The position numbers and the translations under genes are program-made. A model generated the notes under the pieces. It worked only from the letters and a program-made list of their open reading frames with translations, was not told where the DNA came from and did not search any database. DNA of 51,594 nucleotides, the filler included, from Sphacelaria rigidula (taxonomy: Eukaryota), in assembly GCA_964200075.2 (NCBI GenBank). It is 4 parts of 4 records of this genome, joined end to end, with 100 filler letters (N's around TTAATTAATTAA, not from the genome) between each part and the next. Parts side by side here need not be neighbours in the genome. Positions count along the whole stretch, not along the records: positions 1 to 12,825 come from CAXNAA020003388.1; positions 12,926 to 25,749 come from CAXNAA020003389.1; 2 more parts are not named here. One strand, given 5' to 3'. Positions 11,466 to 23,459 of this stretch are shown here, piece by piece; within the stretch, counting starts at the first letter, position 1, and each line of letters opens with the position of its first letter.

Positions 11466-12825
11466 GCGGCAACCGTGTGCTATGAGTATTTGTGCTGTGG
11501 GGAAAAGGCCATGCAGTGTTGCGCCGAAAAAAAAAAAAAAACTTGATTCGGAACAGAATCCGACATATTTTCGCCCCGATACGCACGCACCCACAACGCT
11601 ACTCCAGATTTAGCAACATGAGGTTGTTGCCTAAAATATACACGACATGCAGACGAAGTTTCAGCGCCTAAAAGTACTGACAGCGCGTGTACGGCCGTGC
11701 CTCCTGAATTGACCTTTACAGACAATACCAGAATTTGTACCGCACAGAATGTCATCATCCGCAATGGGTGCCAGCACAGATCGATGTTTGTTTCACGGCG
11801 CAGAAGCTGGGTAGTAGGTCATAACGTGGAAGTGAACGCACCCGCGTGTCAGAACATGCATCCAGCGATGTGTCGCGCAGAGTCTGGGCTGCAGAGACGC
11901 CGTTTTGAGGGTGTATGGACGGCATGACCCACAATCCGTGTTCGCTCCGTCCATTGTGTGCACTACCCATCACGTGCCGCCGAACAGCCTATATGCTGTC
12001 TATGTTGTGCTGTACCTACGTGCCAAGTTTGAAGCCGGTTGGTGGGGACACCGTGGAGGAATCCACGAACAAAGTAAAGTTTGAAAAGTGGGAAATTCGG
12101 TACTGAACGCTCGAAAAAATACATGAGGTGTGTTACGCCGCATATCACAAATTCGGTGAGATACCGCCATCCTATTTCCACCCCTTCGGCCACCCGCCCA
12201 GTATGATGGCAACACCTGCGGGGTTCGCGAACGCGTCGGGTGCAGGGTGCGATGGAAGACACTCCGCTTGTTTCTCGTCCTGATGGTGTGTACAGCGAGA
12301 AGCACTGTGGGCTGAGGTATCGCGCAGATGCGATCCCGCACCCCACTGAGGGTGTGTCTCCACGCCAAATATTCTGTCGATGCCGTGACAAAGGTCAGGT
12401 TCAACGAACGCCTTCTTTTCGTGTGTCTTTGTTGTACCACGGTAAATATATCTGGCCACTAATCGCGTGTAAGAATGTATCTCGATGGAAACCACCTGTT
12501 TGCCCTCCCATGAGTAATTATCTCGCAGATGAGGTTTCGACAGAGGTTGACACGTCGCAGCGATTTTCCGTTCCAGGGTTATGTCACGGCTGTACTCGCG
12601 CCCGAAATTGTAATGTAAGCCACAAGCGGCCGACTGAATAAAATGCATGTCAGCAACGAGCGGCCAACTGAATAAAATGAATGAAGCACAAGAAAAAAAC
12701 GAAGTTGTTTCCATTACAAACCATCCACTTTGCTTCCAACAAATAAAAACGAATTTGTAGTCAACAACTGTATCGTTTGTTATTGCAATTGCAACTTCGG
12801 CCGCCAACGAAGGTGTCGCGTCCAC

Positions 12826-12925
12826 NNNNNNNNNNNNNNNNNNNNNNNNNNNNNNNNNNNNNNNNNNNNTTAATTAATTAANNNNNNNNNNNNNNNNNNN
12901 NNNNNNNNNNNNNNNNNNNNNNNNN
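12826..12925. other. Artificial contig-joining linker (N44-TTAATTAATTAA-N44)
   Basis: Exactly 100 bp, with a six-frame stop core; identical to the two other linkers. Confidence 0.97.
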
Positions 12926-12979
12926 GTTTTACAGCGCCGTTGCCACTCGACGCCAACCCAAGAGTCTAGAGGTGAGGGG

Positions 12980-13840
12980 GGCGTGTGGGAGGGGAACGTA
13001 GAATTGGTGAAAAAGTGAGAAACAGTCTGGATGGCAGCAGCCAAGCAAATACTCGGCTGCTCGAAAACGACGGGTAATACAGCAATGAGAGCAGAGTTGG
13101 GAATGTAATCACTTGAAAGAAGCAGAGATGCGAAGGAAGTGTGGTGGCAATACGGCGTAAAGAGTATGCAGATAAACAGATTCACCAGCTATAGTTGATG
13201 GGGCTGTATAGAAGAAAATTACGGAAGGGCATGCGAGAAAGTGGAACAGAGGAGTCTATAAAGTACAAAGAAATTAGGAGGAAATCAAGACGAAATGCTG
13301 TGCATAGATGAGGGCACGCGGTACAAAACAAAAGTAAGAGGCATGAGAAAAAGGGAAAAGGAGCGCTCAGACGCAAGAGAGACGAGGAACAAGACCTGAA
13401 GATATATGGTGGGTCAGAAAGAAGAAAGAGACTTACCAGTAGTCGTGTGGAGAAGGAAGTAGATGTACAAAACTGCCTCTGTGGCAAAGCAATAGAGAGC
13501 AGAAGTCACACGCTCGCAGAATGTGAGCTTTACAAAGAGGACCGGGACGCGCTTGAGGGGGAAATGCGGCACGTGAACGAAGGTGGCATGAAATCGTTCG
13601 ATGCATGAGACAGTAGGGAGAAAACGATGGTTACACCAGGAATAAATGGTGGCCAAAGACGGCGCAACAGGACTGGGATAAGATATCGAAAAGGTTTTCG
13701 TGCGATGTATGGAAGAAACGTAATGAGTTACGGAATGATGGAGGTGTCTCGGTTATGAGTAGGAATGGTGCTCGAAAGGGATCCGTGGTCATTGGTCGAA
13801 CGACTAAGGCAAGCAACAAATGAGTGCGCCCCGCCCCCCC
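12980..13840 (+). mobile_element. Degenerate non-LTR retrotransposon (LINE) ORF2 3' end
   Basis: Translates with stops to VWEGNVELVKK*ETVWMAAAKQILGCSKTTGNTAMRAELGM (post-RT region) and CLCGKAIESRSHTLAEC (CCHC knuckle). Ends in a C-rich tail. Confidence 0.85.
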
Positions 13841-14546
13841 TTATCGTAACATGGTCTCTTCGTTTTCATCTATCCACGTACACAATCTCGAACATACTTC
13901 GAGAGGCTCCGCGCCACACGCCCCGAGCGCCCCATCGCGGGCTGGCGCTGAGAATGAGGATGCACGACTTTGTTCCCTATGTAATGGTGAGTACTGACAT
14001 TCTCTCTGGGAGTTGGTTGTGTGAGTCTGGAGAAAACGTTGGCCGAAAAACAATGACTCTGTTGCGCGAATGAGCCTGTCAACTGCTCATTAGACACAGA
14101 ATACCAATAGGTTAGTAAGCAAGCCAGACAAATTAACCGTGCATATCTAAGTACGACGGGCACCATCAACGCTGTGCTTGACCGTGAACCAGAAAAAGTC
14201 GGCATGCGCATCTACAGTATGCTCTCGACGCACAAGCAGTCGTCGGGGTATGACGATCTCCGTGTTCAGTGAAACATAACACAACTAGCAACAACATCCG
14301 TCGCCAAGCGCTTTCGGTGTAGCGCAACGACCACGAGAGCCAACATGTAAAAACAAACAACTTCTTCACTGACATCAATTTCCTCTCCACGAACCCGGAA
14401 TCACGCAAACAAACACAATGAAAAGTCAGCTACGCACGCTCGTACATCACAACACCGCACCGTATTGCTCACGATGCCAACGAACAAACAAGTGAGAGTT
14501 CCTGGAGTCCTCCCGCTGCACGACTTCTTTTCCAGTCAATGAGAAA

Positions 14547-16664
14547 TCAGATCAAGGAAGGAGAGGAATAGGATAGCGCCAACTCCAGCTTCACATTCTC
14601 TACTCCTTCGCCAACCACCGTTTCCGTCTCGACCCCCGAGTGTCTCGATACTGTCGGTGAAAGTATACGATGCCGCTTGGGGCTTCGCTGACTGGTGAAA
14701 CAGCCATCAGCACTGCGGCAGTCGCTCAAGGATCGAACAGACCACCCGCTGGTCTTCCTTTTCCCACTGCGCACGGGAGTATGGCGGGAGACCACCAGCT
14801 CTAGCTTCATATTCGCCTCCTTGGAAATATCATCGTTCCCCGCGGACGGTTCCCCTGGGGCTTTCGGAAGCACCGGAGCAGCGGCGTTGCAGCCCTCGTG
14901 TACTGCACGACGAGTATCAACGGCACTGGTTGCATCGATACCGACACCGGTACATTCTTTGAGGGTTAATTCTCGTCCGTAGATAGCATCCCTACCCCCA
15001 CTCTTGCCTGGGTCATGAGTTGAGGGGAGCGGTTGATGGCCGAAGGTGGACATAGTGGGCATGTCCGCCATTTCGACAGCATGCTTGCGGCGGAAAGTCG
15101 GCTTGCTTTTACCCTGCAGATCACGCATGATGTACTTGGAGCAGCCCTCCTGGCCACACTTCTTCTTCACGACATCCACCATGGCCGTGCCAGCGAATTG
15201 AGCACCAAATCCCCCCCGCCTGCTGCCTGTCGTACCATTTGATGGCACCTTCGAGAAGCCCTCATGGCCGCATCTCTTGCTCACGACATCCACCATGGCC
15301 GTGCCAGCATGTTGAGCACCGAATGCCCCCCGCCTGCTGCCTACCGTACCATTTGATGGCACCTTCGAGAAGCCCTCCTGGCCGCACCTCTTGCTGACGA
15401 CATCCACCATGCCCCCGCCAGCATGTTGGGCGCAAAATTCTGCCTGCCTGTTGCCTACCGTACCGTATGACGGCTGTTTGGAGCAACCCTCCTGTCCGCA
15501 CCGCTTGACCACGACATTCACCATGCCCGCGCCAGCATGTTGAGAGTAGAATTCTGCCCGCCTGCTGCCTACCGTACCGTATGGAGGCTGTTTGGGGCAG
15601 CTCTCCTTGCCGCATCTCCTGCTCACGACAATCACCATGCCCGCGCCAGCATGTTGAGCGCAGAATTCAGCCCGCCTGCTGCCTATCGTACCGTATGACG
15701 GCTTTTTGGAGCAGCCCTCCTGGCCGCAACTCTTGTCCACGACATTCGCCATGCCCGCGTGAGCATGTTGAGCGCAGAATTCAGCCCGCCCGCTGCCTAC
15801 CGCACCGTACGACGGCCGCGTGGAGCAGCCCTCCTGCCCGCACTTCTTGCTCGCGACGTTGACCATGCCCGCGTCAGCATGTTGAGCGCAGTATTCCGCT
15901 TGTCCGCTGCCTATTGCACCGTATGACGGCTTTTTGAAGCAGCCCTCTTGCACGCAACTCTTGCTCACGATGTTGACCATGCCCCCGCCAGCATGTTGAG
16001 CGCAGAATTCCCGCCGCCTGCTGGCTACCGTACCGTATGACGCCTTTTTGGAGCAGCCCTCTTGCCCGCACATCTTGCTCACGACGTTGACCATGCCCGT
16101 GCCAGCATGTTGAGCGCAGTATTCAGCCCGCCTGCTGCCTTTCGCACCGTATGACGGATTTTTGGAGCAGCCCTCCTGCCCGCATCTCCTGCTCAAGACG
16201 TTCACCATGCCCGCGCCAGCATGTTGAGCGCAGAATTCCGCCCGCCTGCTGCCTACCGTAGCGTATGACGGCCATTTGGAGCAGCCCTCCTGGCCACACC
16301 TCTTGCTCACGACATCCACCATGCCCGCGCCAGCATGTTGAGCGCAGAATTCCCGCCGCCTGCTGCCTACCGTACCGTATGACGCCTTTTTGGAGCAGCC
16401 CTCTTGCCCGCACATCTTGCTCACGACGTTGACCATGCCCGTGCCAGCATGTTGAGCGCAGTATTCAGCCCGCCTGCTGCCTACCGTACTATATGACGGC
16501 CATTTGAAGCAACCCTGCTCGCCGCATCTCTTGCCCACGACGTTTACCATGCCCGCGTCAGCATGTTGAGCGCAGAATTTTGCCCGCCTGCTGCCTACCG
16601 TACCGTATGACGGCTTTTTTGAGCAGCCCTCCCGCCCGCAACTCTTGCTCACGACGTTCACCAT
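14547..16664 (-). CDS. EsV-1-7 cysteine-rich repeat protein (IMMEDIATE UPRIGHT-like family), ~705 aa from first in-frame ATG
   Basis: Uninterrupted ORF with 13 full and 1 degenerate 38-aa units matching C-X4-C-X16-C-X2-H-X12. The ORF-track start at 16739 is a TTG; the first ATG (16664) is in a GCCATGG context. Low-complexity C-terminal tail with basic clusters and two [MV]KLEL motifs. Confidence 0.88.
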   Translation of the reverse strand: MVNVVSKSCGREGCSKKPSYGTVGSRRAKFCAQHADAGMVNVVGKRCGEQGCFKWPSYSTVGSRRAEYCAQHAGTGMVNVVSKMCGQEGCSKKASYGTVGSRRREFCAQHAGAGMVDVVSKRCGQEGCSKWPSYATVGSRRAEFCAQHAGAGMVNVLSRRCGQEGCSKNPSYGAKGSRRAEYCAQHAGTGMVNVVSKMCGQEGCSKKASYGTVASRRREFCAQHAGGGMVNIVSKSCVQEGCFKKPSYGAIGSGQAEYCAQHADAGMVNVASKKCGQEGCSTRPSYGAVGSGRAEFCAQHAHAGMANVVDKSCGQEGCSKKPSYGTIGSRRAEFCAQHAGAGMVIVVSRRCGKESCPKQPPYGTVGSRRAEFYSQHAGAGMVNVVVKRCGQEGCSKQPSYGTVGNRQAEFCAQHAGGGMVDVVSKRCGQEGFSKVPSNGTVGSRRGAFGAQHAGTAMVDVVSKRCGHEGFSKVPSNGTTGSRRGGFGAQFAGTAMVDVVKKKCGQEGCSKYIMRDLQGKSKPTFRRKHAVEMADMPTMSTFGHQPLPSTHDPGKSGGRDAIYGRELTLKECTGVGIDATSAVDTRRAVHEGCNAAAPVLPKAPGEPSAGNDDISKEANMKLELVVSRHTPVRSGKRKTSGWSVRSLSDCRSADGCFTSQRSPKRHRILSPTVSRHSGVETETVVGEGVENVKLELALSYSSPSLI

Positions 16665-16801
16665 GGCTGTGGCAGCCTGCTGAGTGCAGAATTCCACCCG
16701 CGTGCTGTCTACCGAACGTCTGGCGGTCGCTTCGAACAACCTTCCATGCCGAACGTCTTACTCACGACATCCAACATGCCCGCGCCAGCATATTGAGGGC
16801 A
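15081..16801 (-). repeat. 114-bp coding tandem repeat array (EsV-1-7 units), ~15 units including a frameshifted 5' unit
   Basis: Period 114 bp; unit 1 Cys codon at 16640, unit 14 Cys codon at 15158; degenerate unit upstream at about 16641-16801. Confidence 0.95.
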
Positions 16802-18187
16802 AACTCTCCCGTTTGGACAGCCCGCTACACCACAGAGGGATTTATTGAGCACCTTACGGCGGAGCACTGAGGAGATATCGCTTACACAGGGCAAGGACGG
16901 AGTCGAACTTCACACACGTCGTCTTGGCCACAGGAACTCGCTCCGTCACATCCGCCCCACGACCAGGAGCTCCGACTGTAGTTCAGAAGTTTGTTCCGAG
17001 CATGGAGAGGAGGCCGGTCATTTAGCAGGGCAATACAGACGGTGTCAGCTTTTCCACACTGGTTCGGTGCAGTCAAGAGAGGGAAGCAAACTAACATGCC
17101 CTCAGGTCGTCGACAGAAGCACCATCAGTACGGTTGTTCACAGTGAGCCTCACCGCATGTGCTGAACAGTTCGGAAGCAGGCCGCATCTCGAGCACTAGA
17201 ATGCCCCCCCCGCCCACCGCCGGCAACAAATGGACCATACGTGAGAGTTGAACGGTGAAGAAAGTTCGAAGAGGAAATATTCCTACCGGTAACCCTGCTG
17301 CTCGAGGTAGAGGTGAAACAGGGTTCAAAAAGTGGAAACTGTAAGTGTCTACGCGGCGTGGATTTTGATGGGCTCGCAAGGGATCGCAAAAATTTGATCG
17401 CCAGAATTGAGAGTCGGGTTAGCCTGATCAGTAGTGTGGGTCGGTTCCGGCTGTACCTGTGTATAAGCTTTGAGTTGCCTTCATGTTTCCCCGAAGGAAG
17501 CGAGTGAGAAAGAGAGAACACGTGCACATACACGATATGTCTACAGTTGCGTGTGAGGATGTATAGAATCCTCGGTTCACCATGGGAAGATGACGCGAGG
17601 AGACTTTCGTGCCGCCGTTCAGTACAAGTCTGCTCTTGTATGGGAGTGCGTACTCATTTAGAAATCAGCACGCACTTTTTTATCCTGCAGCTTTTCCAAG
17701 CTTCGACCCTTCAATTCGGGATATTCAACCCTGAGTAGATGAAAAAAAAGGGGTGCAGAACCTGCCTTTGTAAATTGCTGAATGATCTGAACAATGGTGA
17801 ACATCCGTTCTGTACGCACACGAATCAGCCTTGCAGTGCCTCGGAAACACACTTCCGCATCCACACACATTCTCACGTGAACCTGGTATGGTATGCCAGT
17901 GAATGTTTGAGCATCGTTGCTGTTCAAATTAGATTTCTCCTCAGGTTTCTGGTCATCACGCGTCATCACGAGTGATGACGAATTCTGTTTGATCCCAAGC
18001 TTTGAGAATAGAGAGACATTGATACCGATCACGATTCCTGAAGAAGCAACCCCAGACCAATTTTACGAGCCTGGTCCGGCGAAAACCCGGCGTGCTCCGT
18101 CCCGGCTTTATAGGAATGCGAGGTCAATGGTCTCGTGACCGTGATATGCAAGACAATGACTTCCTCGCCCCACGCGCCTCCCCCACT

Positions 18188-18262
18188 GCTCCGTCTCGAA
18201 AGGGATGCGTGGTCAATGGTCAAATGACTAAGGCAAGCAACAAATGAGTACGCCCCCCCCCC
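18188..18262 (+). mobile_element. Very short 3'-terminal fragment of the same LINE
   Basis: TGCTCCGTCTCGAAAGGGATGCGTGGTCAATGGTCAAATGACTAAGGCAAGCAACAAATGAGTACG followed by a C-run. Confidence 0.8.
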
Positions 18263-19959
18263 CTCCACCCATCCCCCTGCCCTCCCGGACCAATCCTGAA
18301 TGAGTAACGTGCTGACCGGTCGTTGGGGGTCCTACAAGTATACAGCGCCCGACTCTCGCTTTTGACGTCTTCACTTGTTCGAACCCATTCTGATCGTTGT
18401 AGTGAACAATTGCACGGTTCAGGCTTTGTGCTCTATCGATATTCATGATGCCACAGATGAAAAAATGTGTTTTGGGGTCACATACGTCCGACAACACTCC
18501 CTCGACAAACGGGGTTTCCTCCGCGTCTGACACAGCAAGACGGGGAAATGCGTCTTGAGCACAACCCGCTTCTTTTTCCAACGCCTTGCGCATCTCAAAC
18601 GTTCGAATTACGGTGATCTTTTGCCTGCGAAAACATCCCTCTACAGTAAACAAAATAGTGGAACGCGGACTACTGCAACGCTTGCGCACTTCGACACTGC
18701 CTACATGACTGCAGGCTTCGTGGACCCGGACGCGTTCACAACCTGCAACAACGTTGTCCCATCATCCAGCGCAAATTGTCACCATCCCTGCACGCCCTAC
18801 ATCACGAGTGCAATAGAGAGCCGCCTGGTAGTGACCCTTCTGGACTAGAGTGCTCGTGTAGGTGTTTCGTCTCTTACTTTCTGCTCATGGACGGTAATCT
18901 GAAAACTCAAGTCAGTTTCTTGTGCGTACAGGTACACAGCTTATAGGTTGTTTGTCATATAAATAGTATAATACTCGGATAAGTATCCACGTTCGCTTCC
19001 CCTCGACACCCCACCGCAGATAATATGGCCTCTAAGCACAGCACCACAATTAAATACTTCGTATGTACTCTCCTCAATTCATATGCTGTAGTGGGGAAGA
19101 ATTAATGCGTGTCATGTCGGGTCAAAGGAGGTGACTCGCGCATGGCTCTCGAGTACGTTTTCCATCGCCCCCATGAGGAGATAGTCGACGACCATAAGAG
19201 ACATCCAAGCCCAGGAAGCTTCTATTGCCAAAGCAGCCTGAATCGTGATTCATTGCGCGGAACGTTGCCGACAGCCCGTCTAACAAAGACGGCCGACAAA
19301 GTTGGCTGTACCGCTGTCAAGTCAACCCGTTTCAGCACACATGCTGATAGTTCCGAATGGTACGCCGCTGATTCTCCGGCGAATAAGTGGAGGATGTCCT
19401 CCTTGTAGGCGAAGGCTGACGCAAGTTTGACACGGGCAGATAATGACAGTTTCGGTGAAGAATATTCGTTCCGCATCATAAGAAATGCTCCGTTCCTGGA
19501 CTTTCACGTGGGGGTGTCACGAAAACCATCCCACCAGAGATCGGTCAGTTGTGGCCGACCCGATGCATACCAATGCACCACAGCACGCCAGTGAACTAGG
19601 GCTGGTAACATTTTCGCATGCACAGGAAATTTCTGCTGGCGGGATCATCGCCCATGGCGGTCTCCAAGCGTTACAGCTGAATGTGAAGGGGTACAATTCG
19701 TGACTGAAGAGTATGATTATTGCCCAAGGCGTGCTCGTCGATCCTCATTTCCTCCAGTGGGCACAAAGCAGCGAAGCTTTCAATGAGGATATGAGTGCGG
19801 TGTATGTCTGACGCACTAGGGGTGCAGTTCAGCGTTGTGGAGCATTCAACCTGATCGAAGAGGTGCTGGAGATTGGTCGGAAATGGAGGGATTGGAAAAT
19901 GCGGAAAACACTGTCTACCATTTGTGGGACAGGGGGGGCGGGGGGCGTGCTTATTTGGG

Positions 19960-20625
19960 GAACGTATTTTCATGGGCCCCGATTTGGACCAAATCGGGGA
20001 AGAAAAAATCGGGGGAAGGCTGAGGTCCCCCTGGTTTCGAGGAGGTAACGTACTTACACTGGCATACACTGGTAGGGCTTCGAGGCGTGTGATATTTTTG
20101 CAATAGCAGCAGGAGATAGTCTCGTGATAGCGCCGGGCGTACCTGCTCGCACCAGCTGCTGGAGCAGCTTTGCACGGGGTTTGACCAGCGGATAAGTGTT
20201 GACGCCGTACCCGGCGGCGATGGTGATATCTCATGTTGCAATGCCCTGCCATGTGTATCACCCTAATGAACGGTACTGTACCGCCATAGCCTGTTATCGC
20301 TGTACTTGCAGGGTGATACATAGCACTGCACTACTGAACTCTCCTCGCGCACTGTATGTTCATTGTTCTTGCAATACCGACTGTGTCATCATGTGTCACC
20401 ACACGGCATTGTCATGTACTGTAATGATGGAGTGTCATGGACCGTATTACTCTAGGGTACCACGGGACGACACTGTACTCAGAGGATTATTCACCCCCTA
20501 CGTACTCTTCGGCTTCAAGAGTACGCGGGATGGACAGTACCAGAAAGACTGCACAGAACTATTTCACAAATCTGTAATACCGTGAAACGGTGCCCCCGAT
20601 TTGGAGTCCGCGAATTTGAGATTAT
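19960..20625 (+). repeat. ~750-bp dispersed repeat, copy 3
   Basis: Colinear similarity to 1600-2360, on an unrelated contig. Confidence 0.85.
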
Positions 20626-23459
20626 TTGCCAGAAGAGATAATTACAACATATCACCTGACCAGTATACATTGGGTGGGCGCATTGATGTCGGGTATATGT
20701 TCCACCGAACCATATCACTCAAGTGATACTCCCTCTGTTCCGGAGTATAAGTCCGATTTGGATTTTCCAGAAATAACTCCAGTTTCGCACTTGGGGGCGG
20801 TAGCGAAGGTATTTTTGCGCCATTTGTTTTTCATCGTGCTCGGACAGGTTGTGCAGTTGGAGAAGTGGCCAAAAACAGGGGACAACCAATTTTCATCCCC
20901 TTTCATGGCTTTCTTTTCCCCGAGACGGATCTTCCAAATATCTGGTGAGTAAAGAAAACTAGCGTGTCGTTTTTCTCCCGTACGGAGCGAGGAAAAGTTT
21001 TTTTTTTCCCGATCTTTTTTTGTGTGCGGAACGTGGCCATATGTGGCTACCTGTAGACGGATACTTTGAGGGGGAAAAAACTAGAGTTGTGCTCCGTTTG
21101 AATTCTTCAAACGGGGCGGATTTCGGATTTTGGGCAGTCTTATCCGGATCAATTCGTGGATTGAAAAAAATAGCGGATATCCGGATATCCGGATATCCGG
21201 ATGCCCGATTTGCAGACGGATTACAAGGAAAACTAGCGATGGACACTCCTCAAATCTCCCCACATGCATGCTGCGCATGCCTGAAAGGGGCAGTGGAGCC
21301 TTGGGGCACGTATCACGAGCCAGATGCACAAATCAAATGAAAATTGAAATGAGGAAGGTTGTCGTCGTTATCCACGCATTGTACTAGCGATGTGGAAGAA
21401 TGAACGCCTTTCTCACGGCTAATAACAGCGTTTTCGTGATATTAAGAGTAGAGAGGATACGCTTGAGAGTGAAAAGCGGTCAATTAGGGAATGAATCGTT
21501 TCAGATCCGAAATGCCCCTCCACGAAGCCCAACATGCCTTCTACAGTAGCTTGCCGCTGAGGCCTTTGATATCCCCGAGTAGGGTATTGACGTGTAGATG
21601 TAAACATACGCCAGTGGTCGAGACAACCAAAAGTACACACGGGTTAAAAAACAGATTTCACGCCACCCGCTGGCTACCTCCCACCCCCCACTCGTTACGA
21701 GAAGCACGTGCCGATTCTGATCCGATACGATCTACCGTTGTTGCGCTAATTCTCTTGCAACAACACTGCCGGGGATGAAGGTGCCTGGGCGTCGCTCATC
21801 GCGTCAAAACTTCACCTCAGTGGGAAAAGTCTGACATACCTCGTGTTCCATTTGTGTAGGCAATAGCCAGGCGTCAAAGATATCGCGCACTGTATGGCAT
21901 GTTGTTTTCCCCTTGTCCACAACGTGAAAATTTCCCATCCCAACGAACATTCACATTCCATCCTCAAGCAAAAATTATTTAACTGATTATAGTATAGTAT
22001 ATTATTTTCTTCCCTTTCAAAAAACAATAATCCAAACCCCAACCCAACCTTAATATTTATATAATTATCGATCAATTATCTATTAATTCTTACACATAAT
22101 GTAAGTTAATCTCAATTTGATTTGTTTAATTGCGCATGGCACCGATATAATATAAGCCGATATCTTACATGCATCACGTATTGAAGTCAAATATTCCGCG
22201 GTAGATCACCTGATATAGGTCTATGTATCAGCCGACGCCAGGTATGCATATCATAAATACATTTTGCTGAGCAAGCTCCATATAGGGTATAGGATATAAA
22301 GTCATCAAAAATATAATCATACATCATACCCTCCGAAATAACCATGACTAAGGTATGTGAAATATCATGTAGTATAGGGGGTATATATTGGCTAGGGGTA
22401 TACCTATACTAGGCTCTAGCGGGAACGTCTACAAGACGACTATCCTGGATGGTGGCCAGAGGAGATGAGACTGGGTGGGGCCTTTGGGGTGCCTTTATCC
22501 GGATTGTGAGGTGTAGGAGTGGCCGGATTTCGGATTCCCCACGTCAAACGTTATCCGGATAAAAAAATGGATTAATCCGCGGATTTATCAAACGGAGCGG
22601 ATTGGAATTGAAGTCAAATGGAGCGGATATCCGGAGTGGACGGAGCGGAGCACATCTAAAAAACAAAATCTTCCCTTTTGACCAGAGGAAAACTACAGGG
22701 TGCCAAAAATTGAGACCTTTCAAGCGAAAGAACAACGTGAAGGAAAAACAAATGAAAAAAAATGTGTTTTTTCCGAATAGGACTTACCCTCCGGAACAGA
22801 GGGAGTATACTCTACCCCGTCCTGAAAGTCATGCCGTCCAAAGAATTTCTCATTCATCGTAATCCAACAGGTGAATCATTCAATATTTTTCTTGGCGAGC
22901 AGGATATCTATAAGAGAGTCATTTTTTCGAATCCGTCCGAGAGGAAAAACGATCTCGCAGGGGTCGAGGAACAATGACTGTGCCGTCTTGCCGCGTCGAT
23001 GGGTTGCGGCAACAACCCGTGTACCGGAGGGCGTCAAGACTGCAATCGTCAAGATCGATGTTCTGCAGGGACATCGACTCCGCAAAGTCCCGCCAACTCC
23101 AAAGGCCATGCTATATTTCAGTCATGGCGTACGCTTTTAAAAAGGTCCAGACGCCATGGATGCCGGGGCCCGTGCGGATAGGGAAAAGCTTGCATGAAAG
23201 GAAGCCGCAGAAGTTCTCGTCCGTGGCTACGGAGAACTGTCGAAATACTTTGATTCATGGATTGGCCGGGAAATATGGTGACAGAAGAGGCGACCCAGTA
23301 TAATGAATGCTTTCTGATATTTGTCTGGCCAGCCGTGCGGTGCCGCCCATACTCTTCACAGTACGTAACATATCTTGGCTAAACTGTACGACGGCAAAAA
23401 ACGCGGGTCGATATGCGCCTTTTGGTACCCCTGTGGTTACTGGTGCTGTGTTTCTTATA

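Noticed and set aside
12870-12881. TTAATTAATTAA repeated every ~12.9 kb as a biological motif
   Set aside because: It sits inside N-runs of fixed length; an artificial stop linker.
14547-16739. Integrated phaeovirus (EsV-1-like provirus)
   Set aside because: No other viral genes or gene-dense intronless region nearby; EsV-1-7 repeat genes are an expanded host family.
15081-16801. CRISPR-like array
   Set aside because: Contiguous 114-bp in-frame coding units with no unique spacers and no cas genes; eukaryotic context.
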